Shown here piece by piece: positions 8,423 through 15,066 of a DNA stretch of 24,000 nt. A model generated the notes under the pieces. That model had not been told where the DNA came from. It searched no databases and worked only from the letters and a program-made list of their open reading frames with translations. The stretch comes from a bacterium (GTDB taxonomy: Bacteria > Patescibacteriota > Microgenomatia > CAZETR01 > Amesbacteraceae), in assembly GCA_030647735.1 (NCBI GenBank), contig JAUSIY010000056.1:4243-28242 (forward strand), given 5' to 3'. Numbering within the stretch: the stretch's first letter is position 1; each line of letters opens with the position of its first letter. The position numbers and the translations under genes were made by a program.

Positions 8423-9334
8423 CTATTTGACCGTTTCTGCGTATTGACCACTCACCCAGCCTGAAGAGGTAGCTGCCAGATCTACACTGATTTCAAACCA
8501 GCCGGACTGTTCATCCAGCAGAGGATACATATCTCCCGGATCAACTTGGCCTACTTCTTTACCGGTAGTTGCTGGTTGGGTACGCACCCGCAGGAAACCG
8601 GTGGGAGTGTCTAAAATCTTCACATATGGCTTTTTAGGGGCAGTGGAAGCACTGGGCCTGGGGCTGGTGGTAGGCCTAGGACTGGTAGTGGGCCTGGGGC
8701 TGCCGCTAGGTGTAGGCGAAGGGGTAGCCGAATCCGAGGCGGTCTCGTCGGTTACTTCAGGTAACGATCCGGCCAGTTTAGCGTTGACAATCAGTTTGTA
8801 GCCTGCCTGGGCTTTAGCTCCTACCTGACGGGTAGTGAATCCCGGAGCAGAAATGGTGATCTGATGGTCCCCGGCCGTAATGGAGTTGACGATTAAAGGG
8901 GTAAAACCTTGGGGTTGGCCATCCAACAGGACCGATGCGGAATCAGGTCCGGCAACTACCACAGATAAGGAGGGTGTTTGGAGGGTCTGGGGCTCTAAAC
9001 TCACGATTGCTCCGGCTGATTCGCTTTCCTCCTTGCCGAAATCCCGGGTAATCACTGTATATACGTCGGAATTCAGCTTGACCTTAGTTTGGTAAGTGGA
9101 TAAAGCCACAGTGGGAGAATTGGGAATCAGTTTGACGGTGACTTCCCCGGCTTTAAACAGTTGCTCAATCGGGGTCTGGCCGATTTGCACTCCGTCGACA
9201 AATACCAGAGCAGCGGGTGTAGTTTCTACCTTTAATCCGGCCCGGGGTTGACGGGATTTAATAAACTTGAATCCTCCAAATCCGACCAGTCCCAGTCCCA
9301 GAAGAATGATGACTACAGCGACGACTCTCTTCAT
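8423..9334 (-). CDS. Membrane-anchored PEGA-domain protein with Pro/Thr/Ser linker and C-terminal SH3b domain
   Basis: N-terminal TM, then PEGA-like motifs (VFVDGVQIGQTPIE; VLLDGQPQGFTPLIV...HQITISAPGF) and a (TTSPRP)n linker. The C-terminus is SH3b-like (GFLRVRTQPATTGKEVGQVDPGDMYPLL...GWFEI). I prefer ATG 9334 (MKRVV...) over the track's GTG 9352 because of the -10 box at 9343-9351. Confidence 0.8.
   Translation of the reverse strand: MKRVVAVVIILLGLGLVGFGGFKFIKSRQPRAGLKVETTPAALVFVDGVQIGQTPIEQLFKAGEVTVKLIPNSPTVALSTYQTKVKLNSDVYTVITRDFGKEESESAGAIVSLEPQTLQTPSLSVVVAGPDSASVLLDGQPQGFTPLIVNSITAGDHQITISAPGFTTRQVGAKAQAGYKLIVNAKLAGSLPEVTDETASDSATPSPTPSGSPRPTTSPRPTTSPRPSASTAPKKPYVKILDTPTGFLRVRTQPATTGKEVGQVDPGDMYPLLDEQSGWFEISVDLAATSSGWVSGQYAETVK
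8655..8708. repeat. Three tandem 18-bp units inside the PEGA/SH3b gene
   Basis: The units are ggcctggggctggtggta, ggcctaggactggtagtg and ggcctggggctgccgcta. They encode the PRPTTS-type linker on the - strand. Confidence 0.8.
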
Positions 9335-9342
9335 TGAGCCCA

Positions 9343-9351
9343 AATATACCA
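9343..9351 (-). promoter_or_regulatory. Extended -10 box (TGgTATATT on - strand) 8 nt upstream of ATG 9334
   Basis: The reverse complement of 9343-9351 reads TGGTATATT. It is followed by tgggctca and then ATG (9334-9332). Confidence 0.45.
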
Positions 9352-9357
9352 CATCGC

Positions 9358-9366
9358 TGATATAAT
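9358..9366 (+). promoter_or_regulatory. Extended -10 box (TGaTATAAT) for tRNA-Cys
   Basis: Consensus TGnTATAAT, 14 nt upstream of the tRNA 5' end at 9381. It is divergent from the PEGA gene promoter. Confidence 0.5.
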
Positions 9367-9380
9367 TAGCTATAGTTTCC

Positions 9381-9452
9381 GGCCAGGTGTCGAAGTGGAA
9401 ACGAAGCGGTCTGCAAAACCGCCATGCAGGGGTTCGATTCCCCTCCTGGCCT
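9381..9452 (+). tRNA. tRNA-Cys (anticodon GCA)
   Basis: Hand-folded. Acceptor GGCCAGG/CCTGGCC, anticodon stem GCGGT/ACCGC, loop CTGCAAA. T arm AGGGG-TTCGATT-CCCCT and discriminator U73, as expected for Cys. CCA is not encoded. Confidence 0.92.
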
Positions 9453-9461
9453 CAGAGCTAG

Positions 9462-9490
9462 TTGATGTCTGATCATTCTGACCTTATAAT
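9462..9490 (+). promoter_or_regulatory. Sigma70-type promoter TTGATG-17-TATAAT, 8 nt upstream of ATG 9499
   Basis: -35 at 9462-9467, an exact 17-nt spacer, and consensus -10 at 9485-9490. No SD precedes the ATG. Confidence 0.5.
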
Positions 9491-9498
9491 TCCGGACT

Positions 9499-9804
9499 AT
9501 GGCTAATGAAAACGGCAATAAATTAACTATCTGGGCAAACGGCCGGGGTATTGAACTAGATGTGACAAGCGATAAATCTGAACCTTGGGAGGTTCGTAGA
9601 GTTCAGTTTGGTACATTAGAAGGCAGCAAGCTGGTATTAAGAGTAGCGACCAACCGCACCCCCGAGGGTCACAATTGGCCACAGTTTGGATCACCCACAC
9701 TTGACGAAGTAATCCTCTTTCTAGCTGAGGCTAAAACCAGCCCAGATGCTCACCCCTTTTTGTCTGATCTGGCCGGGTTTTTGCGGATAGCTTTTGACCT
9801 CTAA
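9499..9804 (+). CDS. Hypothetical 101-aa cytoplasmic protein (orphan)
   Basis: Clean ORF with its own promoter. It has no TM segment and no motif I recognise. Confidence 0.6.
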   Translation: MANENGNKLTIWANGRGIELDVTSDKSEPWEVRRVQFGTLEGSKLVLRVATNRTPEGHNWPQFGSPTLDEVILFLAEAKTSPDAHPFLSDLAGFLRIAFDL

Positions 9805-9832
9805 ACCTACTTCGGCCTTTCTTCGGGTTTGG

Positions 9833-9861
9833 TTGACAAATGCCTTTTAGAACTCTATAAT
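9833..9861 (+). promoter_or_regulatory. Perfect-consensus sigma70 promoter TTGACA-17-TATAAT
   Basis: TTGACA at 9833-9838, a 17-nt spacer at 9839-9855, and TATAAT at 9856-9861. It lies 47 nt upstream of the M23 peptidase ATG. Confidence 0.6.
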
Positions 9862-9867
9862 GTGCTC

Positions 9868-9893
9868 AGTCTTCGCACAGCGAGGACTTTTTT
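9868..9893 (+). terminator. Intrinsic-terminator-like hairpin plus U-tract at the predicted +1 of the consensus promoter
   Basis: Stem 9868-9876 pairs with 9880-9888 (agtcttcgc/gcgaggact, one G-U pair), and TTTTTT follows at 9888-9893. Confidence 0.5.
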
Positions 9894-9908
9894 GTTGATC
9901 CAATTCAT

Positions 9909-10589
9909 ATGAACTGGAAAGACACCATCACTGCCCATTCTGCCCGCATTCTGTCTAAGCGGGATTTCCCCCTGTTGGCTAAAGACTTAGCCTGGAGGCT
10001 AATTAAATTTGCTACCCGTTGTGGTCGCAGTAATCCCTTCAGCTTTGCTTTACGGCCATTGGCTAGCCACAAGCACTTACGGGTAATCGTGGGTGTTAAC
10101 CTAGCTATTCTGGCCGGAGCCCTGGCTATCTATGGTCCCATCCCGGCCTTTGCCGGAGACAGTATAGGAGGTCAGATTGAGATAAATGTTCGCCCCGAGG
10201 GTGAAATCAGTCTAGCTACGATCGAAGCGGTACAGATACCGCTGTCAGGCTACCGCCTGACTCAAAGCTTTAACTGGTATCATCCAGGTTTGGATTTGGC
10301 AGCTCCCAAAGGCACCCCGGTATTTCCGGTGATGACCGGGAGAGTGGCTGAGGTCGAATACGGTCGGTTTGGGTACGGTAACAATATTGTGCTTGCCCAT
10401 GCTAACGGTTACGAAACCCGCTACGCCCATTTATCCAAAATTGAGGTGGCTAAAGGCCAGGAAGTAAACCTGGGCAGTGAAATCGGCCAGGTAGGTTCCA
10501 CTGGCCGCTCTTCCGGCCCCCATTTGCATTTGGAAGTCTATGCCAACACCGCTCCCGTCAACCCCAAAGCTATTTTGGACATCAAATAA
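9909..10589 (+). CDS. M23 family metallopeptidase (LytM/lysostaphin-like), membrane-anchored
   Basis: 226 aa with a TM at about residues 58-80. It carries YHPGLDLAAPKGTPV (HxxxD) and GSTGRSSGPHLHLEV (HxH). Confidence 0.9.
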   Translation: MNWKDTITAHSARILSKRDFPLLAKDLAWRLIKFATRCGRSNPFSFALRPLASHKHLRVIVGVNLAILAGALAIYGPIPAFAGDSIGGQIEINVRPEGEISLATIEAVQIPLSGYRLTQSFNWYHPGLDLAAPKGTPVFPVMTGRVAEVEYGRFGYGNNIVLAHANGYETRYAHLSKIEVAKGQEVNLGSEIGQVGSTGRSSGPHLHLEVYANTAPVNPKAILDIK

Positions 10590-10598
10590 GCCAGGGAG

Positions 10599-10607
10599 TG
10601 ATAAAAT
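10599..10607 (+). promoter_or_regulatory. Extended -10 box (TGaTAAAAT) for tRNA-Gln
   Basis: TG at 10599-10600 and TAAAAT at 10602-10607, 10 nt upstream of the tRNA 5' end at 10618. Confidence 0.45.
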
Positions 10608-10617
10608 TGCCTTGTAT

Positions 10618-10688
10618 TGGGAGATCGGCTAACGGTAGGCCAATGGACTCTGAATCCATTAATCTTGGTTCGAATCCAAGTCTCCCAG
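10618..10688 (+). tRNA. tRNA-Gln (anticodon CUG)
   Basis: Hand-folded. Acceptor TGGGAGA/TCTCCCA (the U1-A72 pair typical of bacterial tRNA-Gln), anticodon stem ATGGA/TCCAT, loop CTCTGAA. T arm CTTGG-TTCGAAT-CCAAG and discriminator G. CCA is not encoded. Confidence 0.9.
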
Positions 10689-10892
10689 CAAGCATATGCA
10701 GTCTCAGTGACTCGGTTCTCTCAAAAAGCCCGCGTTTTAACTCTAAAGTGCTATTTTGAAAAACGAGGATTATAACCGTTTTTAACCCTCGAAAAACTAC
10801 CATTCGAATTCCTTTTTCGTGAACTAGAAACGACTAGTTAATAATAGTGCCATGCTCTTTTTGAAATAGAGTAAACTAAAAGAAGTTTAAAA

Positions 10893-11918
10893 ATGTTAAA
10901 AATTAAAGACGAGGGAATAATTTTAGAAAAGACCGATCTGGAATTTGAAAATAAAGCTGTTTTGAATCCGGCCTGTATTCAAGTGGGTGACATAACCCAT
11001 ATGTTCTATCGGGCGGTCAATCAAAACTATGTTTCTTCCATAGGTTATGCACAACTGAAGGATAATAAGGTTGTTAAAAGATTTGATAAACCTGTTCTTT
11101 TTCCTGAATCTGATTATGAAAAAATGGGGCTAGAGGATCCAAGAATTACTTTTCTGAACGGAGTTTACTATCTTTTGTTTACCGCTTTTGACGGAAAAAA
11201 CGCCTTGATAGAATATGCCACAAGTACAGATCTCGTAAATTTTGTTAAAGGAGGAATAATTTCTCCTAAAATTTCTTATAAAGAAGCTGAAAGTCTTTTC
11301 AGTGTTTCCGTAAAGGGAGGAAGATATACATTTTTTGAAAAACTCATTGAAAAAGAAAAAGGAAGTGATGTTTTTCTTTGGGAAAAAGATGCTTCCATTT
11401 TTCCTGTTAAATTTAACGGAAAATTTGCGCTTATTCATAGGGTTTTACCCGGAATACAAATTGCGTATTTTAATGAATTTTCAGAATTAGATAATGCGTG
11501 GTGGAGAAAGCATCTAAAAAATCTTGGCAGATTTACCGTTCTCGATTCTGTCTATTGGTTTGAAGAAAGAAATGTTGGTGGGGGGTGCCCCCCGATAAAG
11601 ACAGATGACGGATGGCTCCTTATTTATCATTCAGTTGAAGATTCTAAGAATGGTAGAATTTATCATGCCAGTGCGGCACTTCTAGATTTGTATGAACCAT
11701 TGAAAGTTATTGGGAGACTAACTGAACCACTTTTTTCACCTAAGACTTCATGGGAAACTAAAGGGCTCGTTGACAATGTTGTTTTTCCCACTGGAGCGGT
11801 GATAAGGAGTAAAAGACTTTATATCTACTACGGGGCAGCCGACAAGTTAATTGCCGCCAAGTCCGTTGGTCTTTCAGAACTCCTATTAGAGCTCAAGAAA
11901 AGCCCACCAAAATCATGA
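10893..11918 (+). CDS. GH130 family protein (beta-mannoside phosphorylase/hydrolase-like, DUF377-type 5-bladed propeller)
   Basis: 341 aa. VLNPACI, GLEDPRITF, FTAFDG, EKDASIFP, GGGCPPIKTDDGWLLIYHSV, VDNVVFPTGAV and LYIYYGAADK match the GH130 pattern. Phosphorylase versus hydrolase cannot be decided by eye. Confidence 0.82.
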   Translation: MLKIKDEGIILEKTDLEFENKAVLNPACIQVGDITHMFYRAVNQNYVSSIGYAQLKDNKVVKRFDKPVLFPESDYEKMGLEDPRITFLNGVYYLLFTAFDGKNALIEYATSTDLVNFVKGGIISPKISYKEAESLFSVSVKGGRYTFFEKLIEKEKGSDVFLWEKDASIFPVKFNGKFALIHRVLPGIQIAYFNEFSELDNAWWRKHLKNLGRFTVLDSVYWFEERNVGGGCPPIKTDDGWLLIYHSVEDSKNGRIYHASAALLDLYEPLKVIGRLTEPLFSPKTSWETKGLVDNVVFPTGAVIRSKRLYIYYGAADKLIAAKSVGLSELLLELKKSPPKS

Positions 11919-14131
11919 AACCCGATCAGCAAAGAAAATCTTTGGTAGTATTTCTTTCCACCTTTCCGCCACGACACTGTGGAATAGCCACTTTCACTGC
12001 CGATCTTGCCGATACAGTTGACCGAATGTTTAATCCTTTTATTGAATCAAAAGTTGTTGCAATGAACGTAAATGATATAAGTCACCTGCCATATTCAGAC
12101 AAAGTAATTTTTCAAATAAGTCAGACCAACGAAAAAGATTATATTGATGCAGCCTTAAAGCTTAACAAGCTTAAGAGAGTTGAACTAATTAATATTCAGC
12201 ATGAGTTTGGCATTTTTGGGGGCGAATATGGTTCAAATATAATTCTTTTCCTAAAAAAAATTAAAAAGCCGGTTATTGTTACGTTTCATACTGTTCTCCC
12301 CATACCCGACGAAAAAATGTTAAACGTTGTTCAAAACATAGCAAAATATTCTAAAGGGATTGTTGTTATGACTCACTATTCAAAAGAACTTTTAGAGAAA
12401 AGTTACGGTTTAAATCCCAGCCAAATTCAAATTATTCCGCATGGTATTCATAATGTTCCCTATAAAACCAGCCAACACGCAAAATCAGTTCTTGGCTTTT
12501 CCAATAAATTGGTTCTTTCAACTTTTGGTCTGTTAAGTTCAACAAAAGGAGTTGAATATGTAATAGAGGCCTTACCCCCTGTTGTAAAAAAATTTCCAAA
12601 TATTAAATTTATTATTGCTGGTGTTACTCATCCTGTAGTCTTGGAACGGGACGGTGAAAAATACCGTAATTTTCTTATAAATAGAGTTTACGAGCTTGAT
12701 CTAAGAAAGTATGTCTTATTTTTTAATACATATTTTGATACAAATAAACTTCTTAGAATTCTGGAAGCTACTGATATTTATATTTCACCATCTCTTGATC
12801 CAAATCAAGCCGTTTCGGGTACTTTATCCTATGCTCTCGGGAGTGGCCGTCCAGTGGTTTCCACCGCATTTGCTCAAGCCAAGGAAGATATTACGGACGA
12901 AGTTGGTATGTTGGTTGACTTTAAAAATCCACAAGCTTTCACGAATTCAATTACTAAACTTCTGAATGATAATGAATTACGTTTAAAAATGGGTAGAAAT
13001 GCGTACTTTCGAACAAGAAATATGACTTGGGGAAATGTTACGCTTTCCTATTTGAAATATTTCTCGAAATTTGTACCAAGTTTAGGATCCGGGCAAAGAA
13101 AGTTTCCTCCAATAAAACTTACACACTTAGTTAAATTAACTAATAACTTTGGAATTATTCAGTTTGCAAAACTCACTGTGCCCGACATTTCTTCGGGGTA
13201 TACATTAGATGATAATGCACGGGCTTTGGTTGTTGCGATTCGTCACTATAAAAAATTTAATTCACCAGTTTTACTTAAACTTGCTTCCACATACCTCAAT
13301 TTTATCTGCCGAGTTGCTAAACCTGATGGCTTTTTTGATAATTACGTTAATGAACACCATGTTACTGATGAGCAAAAAAATCGTACGGAAAACTTGGAGG
13401 ACGCATCTGCACGTGCCCTTTATTCGCTTGCACAGGTTTCAATAAGTAAAGAAGCCCCCAAGCGTTTTAGAGAGAAAGCCCATTCTGTATTTGAAAATAG
13501 TTACCGAAAAAATATTGCCTTCTCTGCACCTCGCGCTTCCGCTTTTTACATCAAAAGCCTTTTTTTATTACTTTCCAAGTGGAGAGAGCCGAACACCCTC
13601 GGCACACTAATAACTCAATGTGAGCGACTTGTAGATTTATATAATAAAAACCACTCGCCAGATTGGGAGTGGTTTGAATCGGTACTAACATATTCAAACG
13701 CAGTCCTACCCGAAGCACTTCTTTTGGGGTATAAAATTACTGGTGATAAAAAATATCTCAAAATAGCCAAAAAAACCTTTAAATTCCTAATAAAACACAG
13801 CTTCAAGGATAATATTTATATTCCTATTGGCCAAAGTGGTTGGTTTCCAAGAGGGGGAAGCAGACAATATTTTGATCAACAGCCTGAGGATGTTGCTGCC
13901 ACCGTAGAGGCTCTCAATACTATGTTTCAGGTAACAAAGGATAAATATTATAATGAATTGTCTTACAAGGCGTTTAATTGGTTTTTGGGAGAGAATATCC
14001 TCGGTCAGGTTGTTTATGATTGGGATACAGGAGGGTGTTACGATGGGGTTGGTGAAAAATCTATCAATTTAAACCAGGGCGCAGAATCTACCATCTCTTA
14101 CCTTTTGGCTCGCTTTTCTTTTGAGAATTAA
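11915..14131 (+). CDS. GT4 (group 1, GT-B) glycosyltransferase fused to a ~340-aa C-terminal domain of unknown function (possibly alpha/alpha-toroid)
   Basis: 738 aa with an ATGA overlap onto the GH130 gene. N-terminal FLSTFPPRHCGIATF, FGLLSSTKG and the EX7E-region-like PSLDPNQAVSGTLSYALGSGRPVVST fit GT4. Residues ~395-738 carry no GT motif but have recurrent helical motifs (DDNARALV, EDASARALYSL, YSNAVLPEALLLGY, NQGAESTISYLLA). Confidence 0.8.
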   Translation: MKPDQQRKSLVVFLSTFPPRHCGIATFTADLADTVDRMFNPFIESKVVAMNVNDISHLPYSDKVIFQISQTNEKDYIDAALKLNKLKRVELINIQHEFGIFGGEYGSNIILFLKKIKKPVIVTFHTVLPIPDEKMLNVVQNIAKYSKGIVVMTHYSKELLEKSYGLNPSQIQIIPHGIHNVPYKTSQHAKSVLGFSNKLVLSTFGLLSSTKGVEYVIEALPPVVKKFPNIKFIIAGVTHPVVLERDGEKYRNFLINRVYELDLRKYVLFFNTYFDTNKLLRILEATDIYISPSLDPNQAVSGTLSYALGSGRPVVSTAFAQAKEDITDEVGMLVDFKNPQAFTNSITKLLNDNELRLKMGRNAYFRTRNMTWGNVTLSYLKYFSKFVPSLGSGQRKFPPIKLTHLVKLTNNFGIIQFAKLTVPDISSGYTLDDNARALVVAIRHYKKFNSPVLLKLASTYLNFICRVAKPDGFFDNYVNEHHVTDEQKNRTENLEDASARALYSLAQVSISKEAPKRFREKAHSVFENSYRKNIAFSAPRASAFYIKSLFLLLSKWREPNTLGTLITQCERLVDLYNKNHSPDWEWFESVLTYSNAVLPEALLLGYKITGDKKYLKIAKKTFKFLIKHSFKDNIYIPIGQSGWFPRGGSRQYFDQQPEDVAATVEALNTMFQVTKDKYYNELSYKAFNWFLGENILGQVVYDWDTGGCYDGVGEKSINLNQGAESTISYLLARFSFEN

Positions 14132-14256
14132 AACCACTGTTTGTGTGTTGGATAACCCTTCTTTCTTTACTGTCTCGTTTGTCTAATTTAGCCTCGGGGT
14201 GATACACTACTCTTGAGTGGTTAAGGGATCGTAAGGTTCTAGACCATGATGCCAGC

Positions 14257-14865
14257 ATGCAACAAGTTGTAATTATCGGTGGCGGAACCACCTTCGATAC
14301 CTACGAGGGCTATATTTCCTTTCTTAAAACCAAAGAGATCAGTTTGGATAAATTAAGACCCAGTAAAGAGTGGAAAGCATCTCTGGCAGAAGAGCTGGGC
14401 AAGAACTTTGAGGTGCTAGTGCCAAAGATGCCCAACGTAACCAATGCCCGATATAAGGAATGGAAAATCTGGTTTGAAAGAATTCTTCCTCTACTACTAA
14501 ACAAGAAAATAATTCTAATTGGTCATTCCATGGGGGGGATTTTTTTGGCAAAGTACCTGTCACAGAATAAAATCCCCAAAAATATAATAGCTACAATTCT
14601 GGTAGCCGCCCCGTTTGAAGAAAATAACTTGGGTGAGTTGTTAGGTAGTTTTAAGCTGCCGGCCTCACTCTCAAAATTAGCCAGACAAGGCGGATCAATT
14701 TTTCTGATTCAAAGCGAAGACGACCCAGTGGTTCCGGTGGAGCATGTAAAGAAATATCAGCAAAGACTGCCGAATTCAAAATTAATGCTCTTTTCTGATC
14801 GGGGGCATTTTAAGCAAGAAACTTTTCCCGAGCTGACAACCCTTATAAAAACGTTGAAGGCGTAG
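14257..14865 (+). CDS. Small alpha/beta-fold serine hydrolase (YdeN/RBBP9-like)
   Basis: 202 aa. The nucleophile elbow is ILIGHSMGG, with an acidic SEDDPVVP and a C-terminal DRGHF giving a Ser-Asp-His order. G+C is intermediate (16 to 27 of 60 on counted lines). Confidence 0.72.
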   Translation: MQQVVIIGGGTTFDTYEGYISFLKTKEISLDKLRPSKEWKASLAEELGKNFEVLVPKMPNVTNARYKEWKIWFERILPLLLNKKIILIGHSMGGIFLAKYLSQNKIPKNIIATILVAAPFEENNLGELLGSFKLPASLSKLARQGGSIFLIQSEDDPVVPVEHVKKYQQRLPNSKLMLFSDRGHFKQETFPELTTLIKTLKA

Positions 14866-14869
14866 GCAA

Positions 14870-14998
14870 CTATACCCAGAGAGCCAGGCCCATGAGTTTC
14901 ATCCAGGTTTGGCCAAACAGGGGGCCGAACCACAAAAATCCCAAAACCATGGACAATACGGCTGCTGCTAATATTGCCAGATAATTTACCGGGACCAT
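14870..14998 (-). pseudogene. Truncated DUF1761-like N-terminal fragment (42 codons, below the ORF-track cutoff)
   Basis: The - strand reads MVPVNYLAILAAAVLSMVLGFLWFGPLFGQTWMKLMGLALWV followed by a stop. The GFLW(F/Y)GPLFGxxWMKLMG pattern is how I remember the N-termini of ~130-aa DUF1761 membrane proteins. Here the frame stops after the first TM. Confidence 0.4.
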
Positions 14999-15047
14999 TA
15001 GCAAATAATGGAAAATTTGAGAGCTGCTGTCAAGTAACTATCCCAAA

Positions 15048-15056
15048 TGCTACACT
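15048..15056 (+). promoter_or_regulatory. Extended -10 box (TGcTACACT) 10 nt upstream of ATG 15067
   Basis: TG at 15048-15049 and TACACT at 15051-15056. This supports the short GIY-YIG start. Confidence 0.4.
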
Positions 15057-15066
15057 ACAATCCGAA

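Larger units (their letters stand above)
10691..14234. other. AT-rich two-gene insertion (putative horizontally acquired islet) abutting the 3' end of tRNA-Gln
   Basis: My counts on individual 60-nt lines give 22/60 G+C (11101-11160), 20/60 (12181-12240) and 15/60 (13741-13800) inside the block. Flanking lines give 32/60 (10441-10500) and 35/60 (6001-6060). The block starts right after the tRNA, contains no integrase, and has an uncertain right boundary. Confidence 0.5.

Noticed and set aside
10749-10800. TGcTATTTT box at 10749-10757 and cgagg/cctcg hairpin flanked by gaaaaac direct repeats, upstream of the GH130 gene
   Set aside because: This could be the island's promoter and leader, but the hexamer is weak and lies about 135 nt from the ATG. 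The 5-bp hairpin in AT-rich DNA is not distinguishable from chance.
10582-10803. 73-aa - strand ORF
   Set aside because: It runs straight through the hand-folded tRNA-Gln (10618-10688) and into non-coding AT-rich sequence. I see no motif, so it is spurious.
12711-13445. + strand ORFs 12711..12965 and 13209..13445, and other out-of-frame ORFs inside the GT4 fusion gene
   Set aside because: They are alternative frames of a 738-aa ORF with clear GT4 motifs. Their Leu/Ile/Phe-rich translations are what AT-rich DNA gives in off-frames.
10691-14256. Looked for integrase, transposase, inverted repeats or phage genes in and around the AT-rich block
   Set aside because: None is present. The only repeat-like signal is the weak tRNA-end similarity, reported separately at low confidence. 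I therefore did not call it a mobile element.
14974-15066. TTG-initiated N-terminal extensions in the ORF track (14974 for GIY-YIG; similarly 15647, 17520, 17921, 9352, 18465)
   Set aside because: The extensions add non-conserved residues ahead of obvious family N-termini or TM anchors. Internal ATGs sit at the characteristic 6-10 nt from -10 boxes or form ATGA couplings. I kept the shorter starts and noted the alternatives.
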